Shown: positions 26,736 through 36,768 of the stretch, piece by piece | Layout: every line of letters starts with the position of its first letter | Numbering within the stretch: the first letter of the stretch is position 1 | Source: Minisyncoccota bacterium | GTDB taxonomy: Bacteria > Patescibacteriota > Minisyncoccia > Phycocordibacterales > UBA9973 | Assembly (NCBI GenBank): GCA_041662205.1 | Contig: JBAZSZ010000003.1 | Location: 9,772 to 73,771, forward strand | Direction of reading: 5' to 3' | Length of the DNA stretch: 64,000 bases | Notes under the pieces: model-generated | Databases searched by the model: none | Told to the model about the DNA's origin: nothing | The model's input: the letters and a program-made list of their open reading frames with translations, nothing else | Position numbers and translations under genes: made by a program

Positions 26736-27557
26736 ATGCCCGCAGAGGACAAAAAAATAAAGATTGGGGACTATAATACAATAATGAACGATCGGAATAT
26801 TTTTAATCAGGTTGTTTATACTCCGCTTTCTGAAGCCTTAAGGCTTTTGGAGGAAAGGAGGAAGGATCCGGAATTGGTGGCGAAAGTTGAGAAATTGTTA
26901 AAAGGAGACATACCGGAGGTTTTGAAAAATAAAAAGTGTGCTGTGCTTTTTAGGCAAATCGCTACACCAAATCATGAGACAAAAAGATTTATAGCTTTGG
27001 CAAAAGAAAATAATCTACACCCAGTAATCTTTGAGTATCACAATGATAAATTTACTTCGAATAATCAATTTAAGCATTCCTTAGGTCAGCTAAATATACA
27101 AAAAAAATGTAGCAAGAATGGCAATTACAATGTTGAAAAAATTACTATTGTGGATTTTGCAAAATACGATGGTAAAAAATTAAAAGAAGTAATAACTTTA
27201 TGGGAAGAGCCACTAGTTAATTTTCATAAAAAATTATTTGAATTGCATGGGTATGATGTAAAAAGTATTGATTTTTTTGAGGCATCTGATTGGCTAAAAG
27301 GTAATGGAGGGAAAGCAATAGACTATTATACAAATTTTTTTCTTGTTTTTTCTTGTCTTGGAATTTTATTTGAAAATTTTTTAATGTCAAAAGATTCAGA
27401 GGGTGATTTTACAAAAAAAGTAGTGCTTCCATCTATGGAAAATGTAATAAATTTAACTGGTGTTAAATCGCTTATAGTTCCCATAGAACCAATAGAAATA
27501 GAAACCGATAAGCATTGTATTTCTTATCATCCTAAAATAAAAACATTAATACAATAA
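26736..27557 (+). CDS. Hypothetical protein
   Basis: 274 aa from MPAEDKK; the upstream ORF extension overlaps truD. Possible weak D...DGK (PD-D/ExK-like) triad, not convincing. Confidence 0.4.
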   Translation: MPAEDKKIKIGDYNTIMNDRNIFNQVVYTPLSEALRLLEERRKDPELVAKVEKLLKGDIPEVLKNKKCAVLFRQIATPNHETKRFIALAKENNLHPVIFEYHNDKFTSNNQFKHSLGQLNIQKKCSKNGNYNVEKITIVDFAKYDGKKLKEVITLWEEPLVNFHKKLFELHGYDVKSIDFFEASDWLKGNGGKAIDYYTNFFLVFSCLGILFENFLMSKDSEGDFTKKVVLPSMENVINLTGVKSLIVPIEPIEIETDKHCISYHPKIKTLIQ

Positions 27558-27569
27558 TATAATACAATT

Positions 27570-29219
27570 ATGATTGATCAAAATATAATAATAAATACTT
27601 GTTATCAAACACAAAATACTATACAAACTATTGTTAGGTACTCACACTTAATTCCATTAATTCTTTCTATTATTTTGGCAATTTTTGTATTTGTAAAAGC
27701 AAAATTTAATCTCTTTTCAAAAATATTTTTGGTTTTTATTGTTTCATTCTCACTTTGGCTTTTGGGTGATTATATTTTATGGAGTTCTTTAAATTATCAT
27801 CTTATCTATGCTGTTTGGGCTCCTATTGATTATTTAGAAATTGTCTTTTATGTATTAGGATTTTATTTTGCAACTGTTTTCGTAAAAAAAACTGACATAT
27901 CAATATTGTGGAAGGTGTTACTTTTTGTCTTAACTTTGCCAGCACTTTTTCTAAGTATAACTAAACAATCAATAACCGGTTTTTATTATCCTGTATGTGA
28001 AGCATTAAGTAATGGATTTTTAAGTGATTACAAACTAGCGGTTGAGGCGGTTTTATTGCTTGTAATTCTCATCTACGCTATTACACCTCTTTTTAAAAAA
28101 TTTTTATGGAAAGAGAAAAAAGCTGATTTTATCGTGCTTGGTTCCATGTTTTTGTTTTTATCAACCTTTGGAATTACAGAATATCTTGCATCAACTACAG
28201 GATATTATGAAATGAATCTTTATAGTTTATTTCTTTTACCTGTATTCCTTATAGTCATTATTTACTCTGTATTTGAGCTTGATATTTTTAAAATCCACAT
28301 TCTCGGTACTTATTATCTCGTTATAGGTCTTATGATTCTGATGGGCGGGCAATTGTTCTTTATCACTAGTACAACCAATAAATTACTTACTGTTTTGACT
28401 ATAATATTGCTCGCTCTTTTAAGTTTAATTCTTTTTAGAAATTTAAAAAGAGAATCTGATCAAAGAGAACATATTGAACAATTAAACATTCAACTTGGAG
28501 ACTTGCTCAAACAAAGAGAAAGTCTCGTGCACTTGGTTACCCATAAAGTGAAGGGTTCTTTTACGCGTTCAAAATATATTTTTGCCGGATTATTGGATGG
28601 GACCTTTGGTGAGATAAATCCTGAAGTAAAAAAGTATGCGCAGATGGGGCTAGAGTCTGATAATGGTGGAATTCAGACAGTTAACTTGGTCTTGAATGCT
28701 TCCAACTTATCTACCGGATCAGTGAAATATGAAATGAAGCCAGTTGATTTCAAAGAAATAGTGCTGAAAGTTTTGGCTGATAAAAAAATTCAAGCAGAAG
28801 CTAAAGGACTGCAAGTGGAAAGTAATATTCATGATGACAAAAATGATGTGTATAATGTTCTTGGTGATGCTTTTTGGCTCACTGAATGTGTGAATAATTT
28901 GATTGATAATTCTATAAAATATACTAAAGCAGGGAAGATAAATATTGATCTGCATGATGGCAATGGTAAGGTTAATTTTTCTATCAAAGATACTGGCGTA
29001 GGTATCACCGAAGAAGATAAAAAGCATTTGTTCACCGAAGGTGGACGAGGTAAAGAATCCGTCAAAGTAAATGTGGATAGTACGGGTTACGGTTTATATT
29101 CGGTAAAACTAATTATCGAAGAACACAAAGGTAAGGTCTGGGCAGAATCCGAAGGCGAAGGTAAAGGCTCAGCTTTTTATATTGAATTGCCTGCAAATTT
29201 GGAGAACAAACCTTTATAG
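27570..29219 (+). CDS. Sensor histidine kinase with about 8 N-terminal TM helices (no cognate response regulator adjacent)
   Basis: HisKA H-box LVHLVTHKVKG. HATPase_c N/G boxes (NLIDNSIKYT, DTGVGI, GYGLGL-like STGYGLYSV). Confidence 0.8.
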   Translation: MIDQNIIINTCYQTQNTIQTIVRYSHLIPLILSIILAIFVFVKAKFNLFSKIFLVFIVSFSLWLLGDYILWSSLNYHLIYAVWAPIDYLEIVFYVLGFYFATVFVKKTDISILWKVLLFVLTLPALFLSITKQSITGFYYPVCEALSNGFLSDYKLAVEAVLLLVILIYAITPLFKKFLWKEKKADFIVLGSMFLFLSTFGITEYLASTTGYYEMNLYSLFLLPVFLIVIIYSVFELDIFKIHILGTYYLVIGLMILMGGQLFFITSTTNKLLTVLTIILLALLSLILFRNLKRESDQREHIEQLNIQLGDLLKQRESLVHLVTHKVKGSFTRSKYIFAGLLDGTFGEINPEVKKYAQMGLESDNGGIQTVNLVLNASNLSTGSVKYEMKPVDFKEIVLKVLADKKIQAEAKGLQVESNIHDDKNDVYNVLGDAFWLTECVNNLIDNSIKYTKAGKINIDLHDGNGKVNFSIKDTGVGITEEDKKHLFTEGGRGKESVKVNVDSTGYGLYSVKLIIEEHKGKVWAESEGEGKGSAFYIELPANLENKPL

Positions 29220-29270
29220 CTGGAATTCTTTCTGAATTTTTGATAAAGTGGGTTCGAACTAAAACGGTTT

Positions 29271-29343
29271 GCCATCCTAGCTCAGTTGGTAGAGCGCGGT
29301 CTTCGTAAGACTGAGGTCCCGAGTTCGATCCTCGGGGATGGCT
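29271..29343 (+). tRNA. tRNA-Thr (CGT)
   Basis: Acceptor gccatcc/ggatggc. Anticodon stem cggtc/gactg with loop ttCGTaa. T-arm ccgag-ttcgatc-ctcgg. Confidence 0.8.
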
Positions 29344-29344
29344 C

Positions 29345-30232
29345 ATGGAAAATAATACAAACGAAATTACAAAAGAGATAGCAGAAGTGGAAGCAGAAAT
29401 GCAGGCTCCAGATTTTTGGAATGATAAAAATAAGGCACAGGCGACGTTGAAGAAATTGGCAGAACTAAAAGAAAAAAAAGAAGGGGTAGGTAAATACGAT
29501 AAAGGCAATGCTGTAGTCACCATAATTTCCGGTGCCGGCGGAGATGACGCAGAAGATTTTTCAGCGATGCTTTTGTCTATGTATCTGAAGTATGCCGAAA
29601 AAAGTGGCTGGAAAGTTTTTTTTATTCATGAAAATAAAAATGAACATGGTGGATATAGAAACATAAGCGTAGAAATTTCAGGTAAAAATGTCTACGGGAA
29701 TTTAAAAAATGAATCTGGGGTGCACCGCTTGGTACGAATCTCACCTTTTGACGCAAAAAAATTACGACATACTTCTTTTTCCATGGTGGAAGTTCTGCCA
29801 AAATTTTCTAAATTTGAAGAAAAAGATTTTTCCATACCACCTGCTGATCTAAAGATAGAATATTCTCGTTCTGGAGGTCCGGGTGGGCAGAACGTGAATA
29901 AGAGAGAGACAGCGGTCCGCCTAGTGCATATCCCTACAGGGATAGCGGTGCATGCCTCAAATGAACGATCTCAAGAACAAAATCGAGAACGGGCGATGGC
30001 GATACTTTTAGCAAAAATTTTCAAAAAAGCACAAGAAGATAAGAAGACGATAGAAGAAAGTTTGAAATTGACTAAAAATACTGAAATAGAATGGGGGAAT
30101 CAGATTCGTTCTTATGTGTTGCATCCTTATAAAATGGTCAAAGACCACCGGACTGGAGTGGAAACTTCGAATGTTGATTCGGTTCTTGATGGGGAAATAG
30201 ATATTTTTATTGAGGCAGAAAAGAATTTGTGA
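29345..30232 (+). CDS. prfB: Peptide chain release factor 2 (short N-terminus, no programmed-frameshift site)
   Basis: RF2 motifs [20 protein letters not shown] (GGQ), IRSYVL and [12 protein letters not shown]. The ORF begins 1 nt after the tRNA; the true start may be Met19 (MQAPDFWND, about 29399). Confidence 0.8.
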   Translation: MENNTNEITKEIAEVEAEMQAPDFWNDKNKAQATLKKLAELKEKKEGVGKYDKGNAVVTIISGAGGDDAEDFSAMLLSMYLKYAEKSGWKVFFIHENKNEHGGYRNISVEISGKNVYGNLKNESGVHRLVRISPFDAKKLRHTSFSMVEVLPKFSKFEEKDFSIPPADLKIEYSRSGGPGGQNVNKRETAVRLVHIPTGIAVHASNERSQEQNRERAMAILLAKIFKKAQEDKKTIEESLKLTKNTEIEWGNQIRSYVLHPYKMVKDHRTGVETSNVDSVLDGEIDIFIEAEKNL

Positions 30233-30288
30233 TATAGTTAAAAAATAGAGAATTACTTTACCATTCAAAAAAGTAACTCTCATTTTTT

Positions 30289-30960
30289 ATGATTTACTTT
30301 AATAATGTTTCAAAAATTTACAAGGATTTAGCCGCGCTGGATGATATTACTTTTACTGTTGAATCTGGCGAATTTGTTTCTATCGTCGGACATTCCGGTG
30401 CTGGTAAAACCACTTTAACAAAAATGATTTTAGCAGAAGAAATGCCATCTTTAGGTACAATCTTTTTTGAGTCGATTGACGTAAATAAAATAAAAAATAA
30501 GGATTTAACTAAACTTCGTCGTCGGATCGGCATGGTTTTTCAAGATTATAAACTACTTTCTAATAAAACAGCTTATGAAAATATCGCTTTTGCTATGGAG
30601 GCTGTAGGTAAAACTGAAGAAGAAATAGCGAGTGATGTTCCGCATGTTTTGGAGCTTGTTGATTTGAGTCATAGAGTTTGCCATTTTCCAAATCAAATGT
30701 CTGGTGGTGAACAGCAACGTCTAGCGATAGCACGAGCGATCATCAATCAGCCCGAAATCATTATTGCTGATGAACCGACAGGGAATTTAGATCCAGTAAA
30801 CACGCATGAAATAGTGCAGATCTTGAAAAAGATAAATGATCTAGGCACGACGGTTATTTTAACCACACATAATTATGGAATCATAGAATCCCTAGGAAAA
30901 AGAGTGATTACGATGGAAAATGGGAAAATTATAAGGGACACCAAGCATAATAAAAAGTGA
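30289..30960 (+). CDS. ftsE: Cell-division ABC ATPase FtsE
   Basis: Walker A GHSGAGKTT, ABC signature LSGGEQQR, Walker B IIIADEPTGNLD. Conserved prfB-ftsE-ftsX order. Confidence 0.85.
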   Translation: MIYFNNVSKIYKDLAALDDITFTVESGEFVSIVGHSGAGKTTLTKMILAEEMPSLGTIFFESIDVNKIKNKDLTKLRRRIGMVFQDYKLLSNKTAYENIAFAMEAVGKTEEEIASDVPHVLELVDLSHRVCHFPNQMSGGEQQRLAIARAIINQPEIIIADEPTGNLDPVNTHEIVQILKKINDLGTTVILTTHNYGIIESLGKRVITMENGKIIRDTKHNKK

Positions 30961-30996
30961 TTCTGTGCTGGAATAAAATAATGATATAATGAATTT

Positions 30997-31920
30997 ATGA
31001 GAATGATCGCATTAAAAAGAATAATAAAAGGCGGATTTTTAAACTTTAAAAGGAGTGGGCTTGTTTCTTGGGCAGCAGTCCTCGTGGTTACCATCACCCT
31101 TTCGGTTATCACGCTTCTTATTTTTTTACAGGCAGTTTTACATTTCTCTCTTAATCAGATAAAAGACAAAGTGGATGTCACTATTTATTTTACTAGTAGC
31201 GCGCCTGAGAATAATATTTTACTTTTGAAATCTTCATTAGAAAAATTACCTGAAGTGTCTCAAGTCTTTTATACCAATGCTGAAGATAATTTAAAGAATT
31301 TTCGTCTTCGCCATTCCAATGATTATCCGACGATTCAAGCTTTGGATGAGATAGGAGGCAATCCGCTTCTTCCGACTCTTGGAGTAAAAGCAAAAGAAAT
31401 TTCTCAATATGAAGCTATTGCTAATTTTCTAAAATCAGACAATGCTTTAGTTTCGGGACCAGTTTCTATAATAGATCATACAAATTATCACAACAATAAA
31501 GAGGTGATATCTAAATTAGATGGCTTGATTTCCAGTGCACAAAAACTTGGTTTTCTAGTGACCTTGCTTTTCGTGATTATTTCTATCATTATCACTTACA
31601 ATACGATTCGTTTAACCATTTTTATTTCTAAAGAAGAGATAGGTGTGATGCGTCTCGTAGGTGCTTCCAAGATGCATGTGCGTGGGCCTTTTATGATTGA
31701 AGGTGCCATTTATGGCATCGTAGCGACTTTCTTTACCCTGATTCTTTTTTGGCCAACCTCAGCTTGGCTCGGGCGCAATATGACCAGTTTTCTCGGTATT
31801 GATATGTATGATTATTTTCTTGCAAGCTTCTTTCAAATTCTCATAATACTTTTATTATCAGGGGTAGGCTTAGGTATTATTTCTAGCTTTTTGGCGGCTA
31901 GAAAATATTTAAATAAATAA
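30997..31920 (+). CDS. ftsX: Cell-division permease-like FtsX
   Basis: N-terminal TM, extracellular domain, then 3 C-terminal TM helices. Positioned after ftsE. Confidence 0.8.
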   Translation: MRMIALKRIIKGGFLNFKRSGLVSWAAVLVVTITLSVITLLIFLQAVLHFSLNQIKDKVDVTIYFTSSAPENNILLLKSSLEKLPEVSQVFYTNAEDNLKNFRLRHSNDYPTIQALDEIGGNPLLPTLGVKAKEISQYEAIANFLKSDNALVSGPVSIIDHTNYHNNKEVISKLDGLISSAQKLGFLVTLLFVIISIIITYNTIRLTIFISKEEIGVMRLVGASKMHVRGPFMIEGAIYGIVATFFTLILFWPTSAWLGRNMTSFLGIDMYDYFLASFFQILIILLLSGVGLGIISSFLAARKYLNK

Positions 31921-31923
31921 TTT

Positions 31924-33561
31924 ATGCAAAAAAAGGAAACAAAATATATTTTTGTAGTGGGTGGGGTTATGTCTTCTGTGGGTAAGGGTATTGCTGCTTC
32001 TTCTATTGGAAAAATATTACAGTCTCGCGGTTATAAAGTAGCAAATATGAAAGCGGATATGTATGTTAATCTTGATGCGGGGACTATTCGCCCTGCTGAA
32101 CACGGAGAAGTTTTTGTCGGAGAAGATGGAATAGAAGCTGATCAAGATCTCGGAAATTATGAACGTTTTACAAATCAGATTAGTACCCGCGAAAATTATA
32201 TCACTACTGGACAAGTATATGCAGAGGTAATAAAAAGAGAACGGAATTTAGAGTACGAAGGGGAAGATGTCGAAGTTTACCCTGATATCCCAAAAGAAAT
32301 AATCAGGCGCATTGAAGCTTGCCAAGAAAAAAATGAGTCTGAAATTACTATCATAGAATACGGAGGCACAGTGGGGGAATATCAGCTTCTTCCTTTTCTT
32401 GAAGCGACTCGGATGATGAAATCAAAAAATCCCTCTAGTGTTTTTGTTGTTTTAATAAGTTATTTGCCGACACCTATTATCTTGGGTGAGCAAAAATCAA
32501 AACCTACTCAGCATGCCATTACTGATCTTCATTCCATGGGTTTAAATCCTGATTTTGTGATTTGTCGAGCTGATAAACCTGCCACTTCAGACATCAAACG
32601 AACTATTAGCAATGTGTGTAGTTTACCGATAGAGAGAATAATCTCCGCACCAGATGTGTATTCTATTTATGATGTGCCGGTTAATTTTGAAAAAGAAAAT
32701 CTCGGCGATACTTTGCTCAAAACTATTGGCTTGAAGCCACGAGAGCAGGATTTGGCTAATTGGACGGCTTTGGCAAATAAAATAAAAAATATAAAAAAAG
32801 AAGTGCGGATCGGTATAGTAGGTAAGTATTTTAATTTTAAATCTTGCAAGGATACTTATATTTCTGTGATTGAATCTATCAACCACGCTACTTGGGCCCT
32901 GGGTTATAAGCCAGATATCGTATGGCTTGATTCAGAAAAATATGAAAAAAATCATAAATTATTAAGCGAGCTTGATGAGCTAGACGGCATTATTGTTCCT
33001 GGAGGGTTTGGCAATAGGGGTGTAGAAGGGATGATCTTAGCAGCAGATTATGCTCGTAGGAAAAATATCCCATATTTTGGTTTGTGTTTAGGGATGCAAA
33101 TTTTAACGATTTCTTATGCTCGGAATGTTTTAAAATTTAACAATGCTAATTCTACTGAGATGAATGCGAATACCCCATATCCCGTTATCGCTACCATGGC
33201 TGACCAAGTAGAAAAAATAAAGAATAAAAATTATGGAGCAAGTATGCGTTTAGGTGCTTATGATTGTCTTTTGGCCAAGGACACCATTGCATTTCAATCT
33301 TACAAAGCTCCTAAGATTTCCGAACGTCATCGACATCGATATGAAGTTAACCCAAAATATATTGCAGAATTAGAAAAAGCTGGTTTAGTATTCTCTGGCC
33401 GATCTCCAGATGGAGTTTTGATGGAAATAGCAGAACTTCCGAAAAAAGTACATCCATTTTACTTAGGTACTCAATTTCATCCTGAATTCAAATCTCGTCC
33501 ACTTGATCCACATCCTCTTTTCTCCTCTTTCATCAAGGCAAGTATAAATAATAAGAATTAA
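31924..33561 (+). CDS. pyrG: CTP synthase
   Basis: N-terminal synthetase domain (IFVVGGVMSSVGKGI) and C-terminal class-I GATase with GLCLGMQ (catalytic Cys) and HRHRYEVN. Confidence 0.9.
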   Translation: MQKKETKYIFVVGGVMSSVGKGIAASSIGKILQSRGYKVANMKADMYVNLDAGTIRPAEHGEVFVGEDGIEADQDLGNYERFTNQISTRENYITTGQVYAEVIKRERNLEYEGEDVEVYPDIPKEIIRRIEACQEKNESEITIIEYGGTVGEYQLLPFLEATRMMKSKNPSSVFVVLISYLPTPIILGEQKSKPTQHAITDLHSMGLNPDFVICRADKPATSDIKRTISNVCSLPIERIISAPDVYSIYDVPVNFEKENLGDTLLKTIGLKPREQDLANWTALANKIKNIKKEVRIGIVGKYFNFKSCKDTYISVIESINHATWALGYKPDIVWLDSEKYEKNHKLLSELDELDGIIVPGGFGNRGVEGMILAADYARRKNIPYFGLCLGMQILTISYARNVLKFNNANSTEMNANTPYPVIATMADQVEKIKNKNYGASMRLGAYDCLLAKDTIAFQSYKAPKISERHRHRYEVNPKYIAELEKAGLVFSGRSPDGVLMEIAELPKKVHPFYLGTQFHPEFKSRPLDPHPLFSSFIKASINNKN

Positions 33562-33593
33562 AAAAGTGATGAAGGTTGAACCTTCACAAAATT

Positions 33594-33628
33594 AAGAAAT
33601 GAGCAAGGGAAGGGAAGTTCTTGCTCAT
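33594..33628. repeat. Hairpin repeat aagaaatgagcaaggg-loop-cccttgctcat (copy 1, downstream of pyrG)
   Basis: A second copy with the same 16-nt 5' arm lies at 34481..34511. Together they flank the minus-strand gene 33632..34471. Confidence 0.75.
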
Positions 33629-33631
33629 GTT

Positions 33632-34471
33632 TTAAAAGTACTCATTAGTATTTTTTACAGTTTGAGTATCTAATAAGGGTAGTTTGTTTGGTGCACCTTT
33701 TAATTTATTTAAGCGAAAAGCAGAACTATTGATGGTGCAATTATAATCAGCACCAAGTTTATATTTTATTTCAATTTTTCCTTCAAATTCTTTTCTAATT
33801 TTTTTCACCCAAGTTTCAAGAAGGTTGTTAAATATAGGAGGTGTTTGTATAAACATTACTCCTCCTTCGCGTAATAAGTTATACCAAATATTTAGAATTT
33901 TACTTACGATGTATGGGTCAGGTGGGACAAATTCTAAGCCTTTTATCATTCGCTCTATGATTAAATCTACTTTTTCTCCATCTAGGATTTTGTCTAAAGA
34001 TTTATAAGTATCAGGAGAAAATATATCACCGATGAGTAATTGATGATTTATTCTTTTATCTCTTTCTATTTTTTCTTTTAAATTGTGTTCTGAGCGATGA
34101 TCTGCTAAAGAAATAGCCACAGATTTTGCAAAAAATCCAGGAGAAAAGTCGCTGAATAATTTTGATCCTGTTCCACCAAATTCTACACCAATAGCTTTGC
34201 CTTTTCTTACTTCTAGGGTTTTTTCGATATACCTTTGTAAGGTACTATCTGGAATTACATACATAAATGTTTCAAGAAAAGGTTTTTCTTCTCCGTAATC
34301 CCCAATATTATCCAGAGCAGAATCTGTGAAATCATAATGGCCTTCGTTTCCTTTTCCTCTGGATTTAAATTTATCTCTTTGTTCTTTCAAATATTCATTT
34401 ATTTCTTTTCTATTTTCTCCTCTTGGAAAAGGATTAGATGATTCCATGATAGTTATTATACCAAATTTCAA
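33632..34471 (-). CDS. Hypothetical protein, possibly Rossmann-fold SAM-dependent methyltransferase
   Basis: GVEFGGTGSKLF resembles MTase motif I. Otherwise unassigned. A TATAAT sits about 9 nt upstream of the ATG, suggesting a leaderless transcript. Confidence 0.35.
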   Translation of the reverse strand: MKFGIITIMESSNPFPRGENRKEINEYLKEQRDKFKSRGKGNEGHYDFTDSALDNIGDYGEEKPFLETFMYVIPDSTLQRYIEKTLEVRKGKAIGVEFGGTGSKLFSDFSPGFFAKSVAISLADHRSEHNLKEKIERDKRINHQLLIGDIFSPDTYKSLDKILDGEKVDLIIERMIKGLEFVPPDPYIVSKILNIWYNLLREGGVMFIQTPPIFNNLLETWVKKIRKEFEGKIEIKYKLGADYNCTINSSAFRLNKLKGAPNKLPLLDTQTVKNTNEYF

Positions 34472-34480
34472 TTTTGAATA

Positions 34481-34511
34481 AAGAAATGAGCAAGGGTAGT
34501 CCCTTGCTCAT
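34481..34511. repeat. Hairpin repeat aagaaatgagcaaggg-tagt-cccttgctcat (copy 2)
   Basis: Read directly; see 33594..33628. Confidence 0.75.
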
Positions 34512-34518
34512 AAAAAAG

Positions 34519-34541
34519 GGCGGAGGCAACACCTCCGCCCT
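34519..34541 (-). terminator. GC hairpin gggcggagg-tgttg-cctccgccc plus T6 (minus-strand reading), terminator of the DUF1059 gene
   Basis: Read directly on the minus strand. Confidence 0.65.
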
Positions 34542-34570
34542 AAAAAGATTTACTCTTTTTTAATCTAAAA

Positions 34571-34756
34571 CTATTCGTGCACTTTTGATTCCATCATGCT
34601 TTTTGTATCAGTATCAGACATATCCTTAATATCCTCAGGATGTGCTATCTTGGCATGAGCCAACATTTTATCTGCTACCTCTCCCTTCGTATCTCCTGTG
34701 GCTTCAAATTGACACATAGTGCTAGGATTTATATCTTTACAAGCTAGTTTCATCAT
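34571..34756 (-). CDS. DUF1059-family small metal-binding-like protein
   Basis: MMKLACKDINPSTMCQFEATGDTKGEVADKMLAHAKIAH fits the DUF1059 pattern (CKD..C.FEA.G.T.EE....HAK..H). Confidence 0.6.
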   Translation of the reverse strand: MMKLACKDINPSTMCQFEATGDTKGEVADKMLAHAKIAHPEDIKDMSDTDTKSMMESKVHE

Positions 34757-34802
34757 AAATATTATTAGATAATTATCTTATAGTAATTCGACTTTAAATA
34801 AA

Positions 34803-35270
34803 CTAAGGTTTAAGGACAAACCAGACGCCCCCGACATTTTGCCCTGTTGTATCTCCTACAACTTTATCAAATTTCCAAAAATAAAGCGGGATACCGTTAT
34901 AGGTAAGTTGTTTAGAGCCATCAGTACGAGTAGTCGTAGCTAGTACGCCATTTATCCCTTCATCGGCAGAGAGATTTTGATCAGCTGATACTGTGTATGG
35001 AGGCCAATTGACAGCACAAGTATCATAACAGGTACTGACATTTGCTACTGTATCCTTTGTAAATAAATATAACGTCATTCCATTGGAGGCTACTAAAAAA
35101 CTACCTAGTGTTGGATTAGAGGAAACTTTTAGGATCGGAGTAGTATTTTTCTGTTCAGTGTTTGATGGATTTACTTCTGTTCGTGTAGTAGGTTTCATTG
35201 AAAAAAAGTAAAGACCACCTATCACGATAATAACAATTAACACGATCACAACGATATTCGATGTTTTCAT
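34803..35270 (-). CDS. Secreted protein of the Yx(FWY)xxD-motif lipoprotein family
   Basis: N-terminal TM/signal region. Repeats ending LTYNGIPLYFWKFDKVVGDTTGQNVGGVWFV match the PLYxFxxDxxxGxxxGxGxxxWxv signature. Confidence 0.6.
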   Translation of the reverse strand: MKTSNIVVIVLIVIIVIGGLYFFSMKPTTRTEVNPSNTEQKNTTPILKVSSNPTLGSFLVASNGMTLYLFTKDTVANVSTCYDTCAVNWPPYTVSADQNLSADEGINGVLATTTRTDGSKQLTYNGIPLYFWKFDKVVGDTTGQNVGGVWFVLKP

Positions 35271-35400
35271 ATTTTTTTTAATTTTATTTTTTAATTTTTT
35301 TAATTCGACCTTTAATCTAATAAAAATTATAAAAAAGATTTATTAAAATAACATTAATAAACTTTAAAGAGCATAATTTCAATTTTGCGTCTTAGAGGAT

Positions 35401-35643
35401 TTAATTACTTAAATCTTTCTTTTTGGCCTCAAATTCTTCTTTATTAATTTCTCCTTTTGCGTATCTCTCTTTTAGAATGTCTAGGGCATTATTATTTTTA
35501 CCCCCCATACATTCATGATGAAAAGGTGACTTGCCACCTCGAATTAGCCAAACAATAAAATAAATAACAGCAACCCAAAAAATAAACATAATTAATCCAC
35601 CCAAAATAGGACTACCCCAATTCCCATAATATCCATACATCAT
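35401..35643 (-). CDS. SHOCT-domain membrane protein (paralog of 13813..14055)
   Basis: Same architecture as its paralog. C-terminus [27 protein letters not shown] is nearly identical to the paralog. Confidence 0.6.
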   Translation of the reverse strand: MMYGYYGNWGSPILGGLIMFIFWVAVIYFIVWLIRGGKSPFHHECMGGKNNNALDILKERYAKGEINKEEFEAKKKDLSN

Positions 35644-35739
35644 ATATTTTAACTATATTAATATTATTAATATCGACTTTACTATTATCTATTATTATAC
35701 ACTCTTTTAAGATTATATTATAAGATTGATATTAAATTA

Positions 35740-35786
35740 CCACAAATAAAAGAGAGGACCGTGTAGGGCCTCTCTTTTATTTGTGG
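35740..35786. terminator. Long perfect hairpin (about 20-bp stem) between minus-strand genes
   Basis: ccacaaataaaagagaggacc-gtgta-gggcctctcttttatttgtgg. Confidence 0.6.
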
Positions 35787-35813
35787 TAATTCTTAAAAAA
35801 GAATTAAACAATT

Positions 35814-36611
35814 CTATTTCCAGAACCAATTTAACATTTTTCCAAACCATCCACCTCTATTTTCTTTCCTATTGTTATTATTATCATTTACGTTAGCATT
35901 TTCACTTTCTATTGATACTTTTGACGCAGTGATAATATTTCCACTAGTGTTTAGTTCACCAGTTACTTTTACTTTGTTTTCTATTTGGAGAGAGGACAAA
36001 GTCTTAACAATATTATTTGCTGTAATAACAGTGTTACTTGAAACAATAATTTTTACAGTTAATCCACTTTTTAGTTTAAGAATAAATGAATTATCTGTAA
36101 GATTGATTTCCCTTACTTCACCTTGAAAAGAAGTCTTATCTTCAATTTTAGATTTATTGAAGAGGGTTTGGCTTACCGCATGAGTTCCATTGACAACAAT
36201 TGAAGAGCTTGTAGAAGATGCAATTATTCCAACAAAACTAATATTGTCTCCTGCTTTTAATTGATTCAAGATTGCAATATCTGTTAATAGCTTACCGTTT
36301 AATTTACTTGTTGTATTCATCTTTACGACAAAATTTAGAGGACTACTGCCGAAGAGAACTGTTGCATTAATATCACCTCCAACCACAGAAATGACCTTTG
36401 CACCAATTACTTTAACAGAACCTTCTTTACCCATTACGACTCCTACAGAAGAAGAGTCCAACTTCATCAATGCATCAACTTTCATTGAATTTTTGGCATT
36501 AGATAAATTTTTTGACCCGTTGTTTTCTGCTCTTGCTGGAGTTGCAATGATTATGCCAACAAAAAAAGCTAACACAAGAAACCCTTTTGCGATATTTTTT
36601 ACATTCTTCAT
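35814..36611 (-). CDS. Hypothetical secreted beta-rich protein (Asn/Ser/Thr-rich repeats)
   Basis: Signal peptide/TM, then repetitive beta-strand segments. C-terminus GGWFGKMLNWFWK. Confidence 0.5.
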   Translation of the reverse strand: MKNVKNIAKGFLVLAFFVGIIIATPARAENNGSKNLSNAKNSMKVDALMKLDSSSVGVVMGKEGSVKVIGAKVISVVGGDINATVLFGSSPLNFVVKMNTTSKLNGKLLTDIAILNQLKAGDNISFVGIIASSTSSSIVVNGTHAVSQTLFNKSKIEDKTSFQGEVREINLTDNSFILKLKSGLTVKIIVSSNTVITANNIVKTLSSLQIENKVKVTGELNTSGNIITASKVSIESENANVNDNNNNRKENRGGWFGKMLNWFWK

Positions 36612-36768
36612 AATATTTTTATTGATTAATTAATAATACTTTAAGAAGATAAGAAAATTATCCTCACATTTATACAGACGACACAGGGCAAGGATACTTA
36701 CACAGCATAAAATATACAGAATTTAATGTTAGAATAGTAAGTATTAGAGTGACCAATCGTCTACCTTT

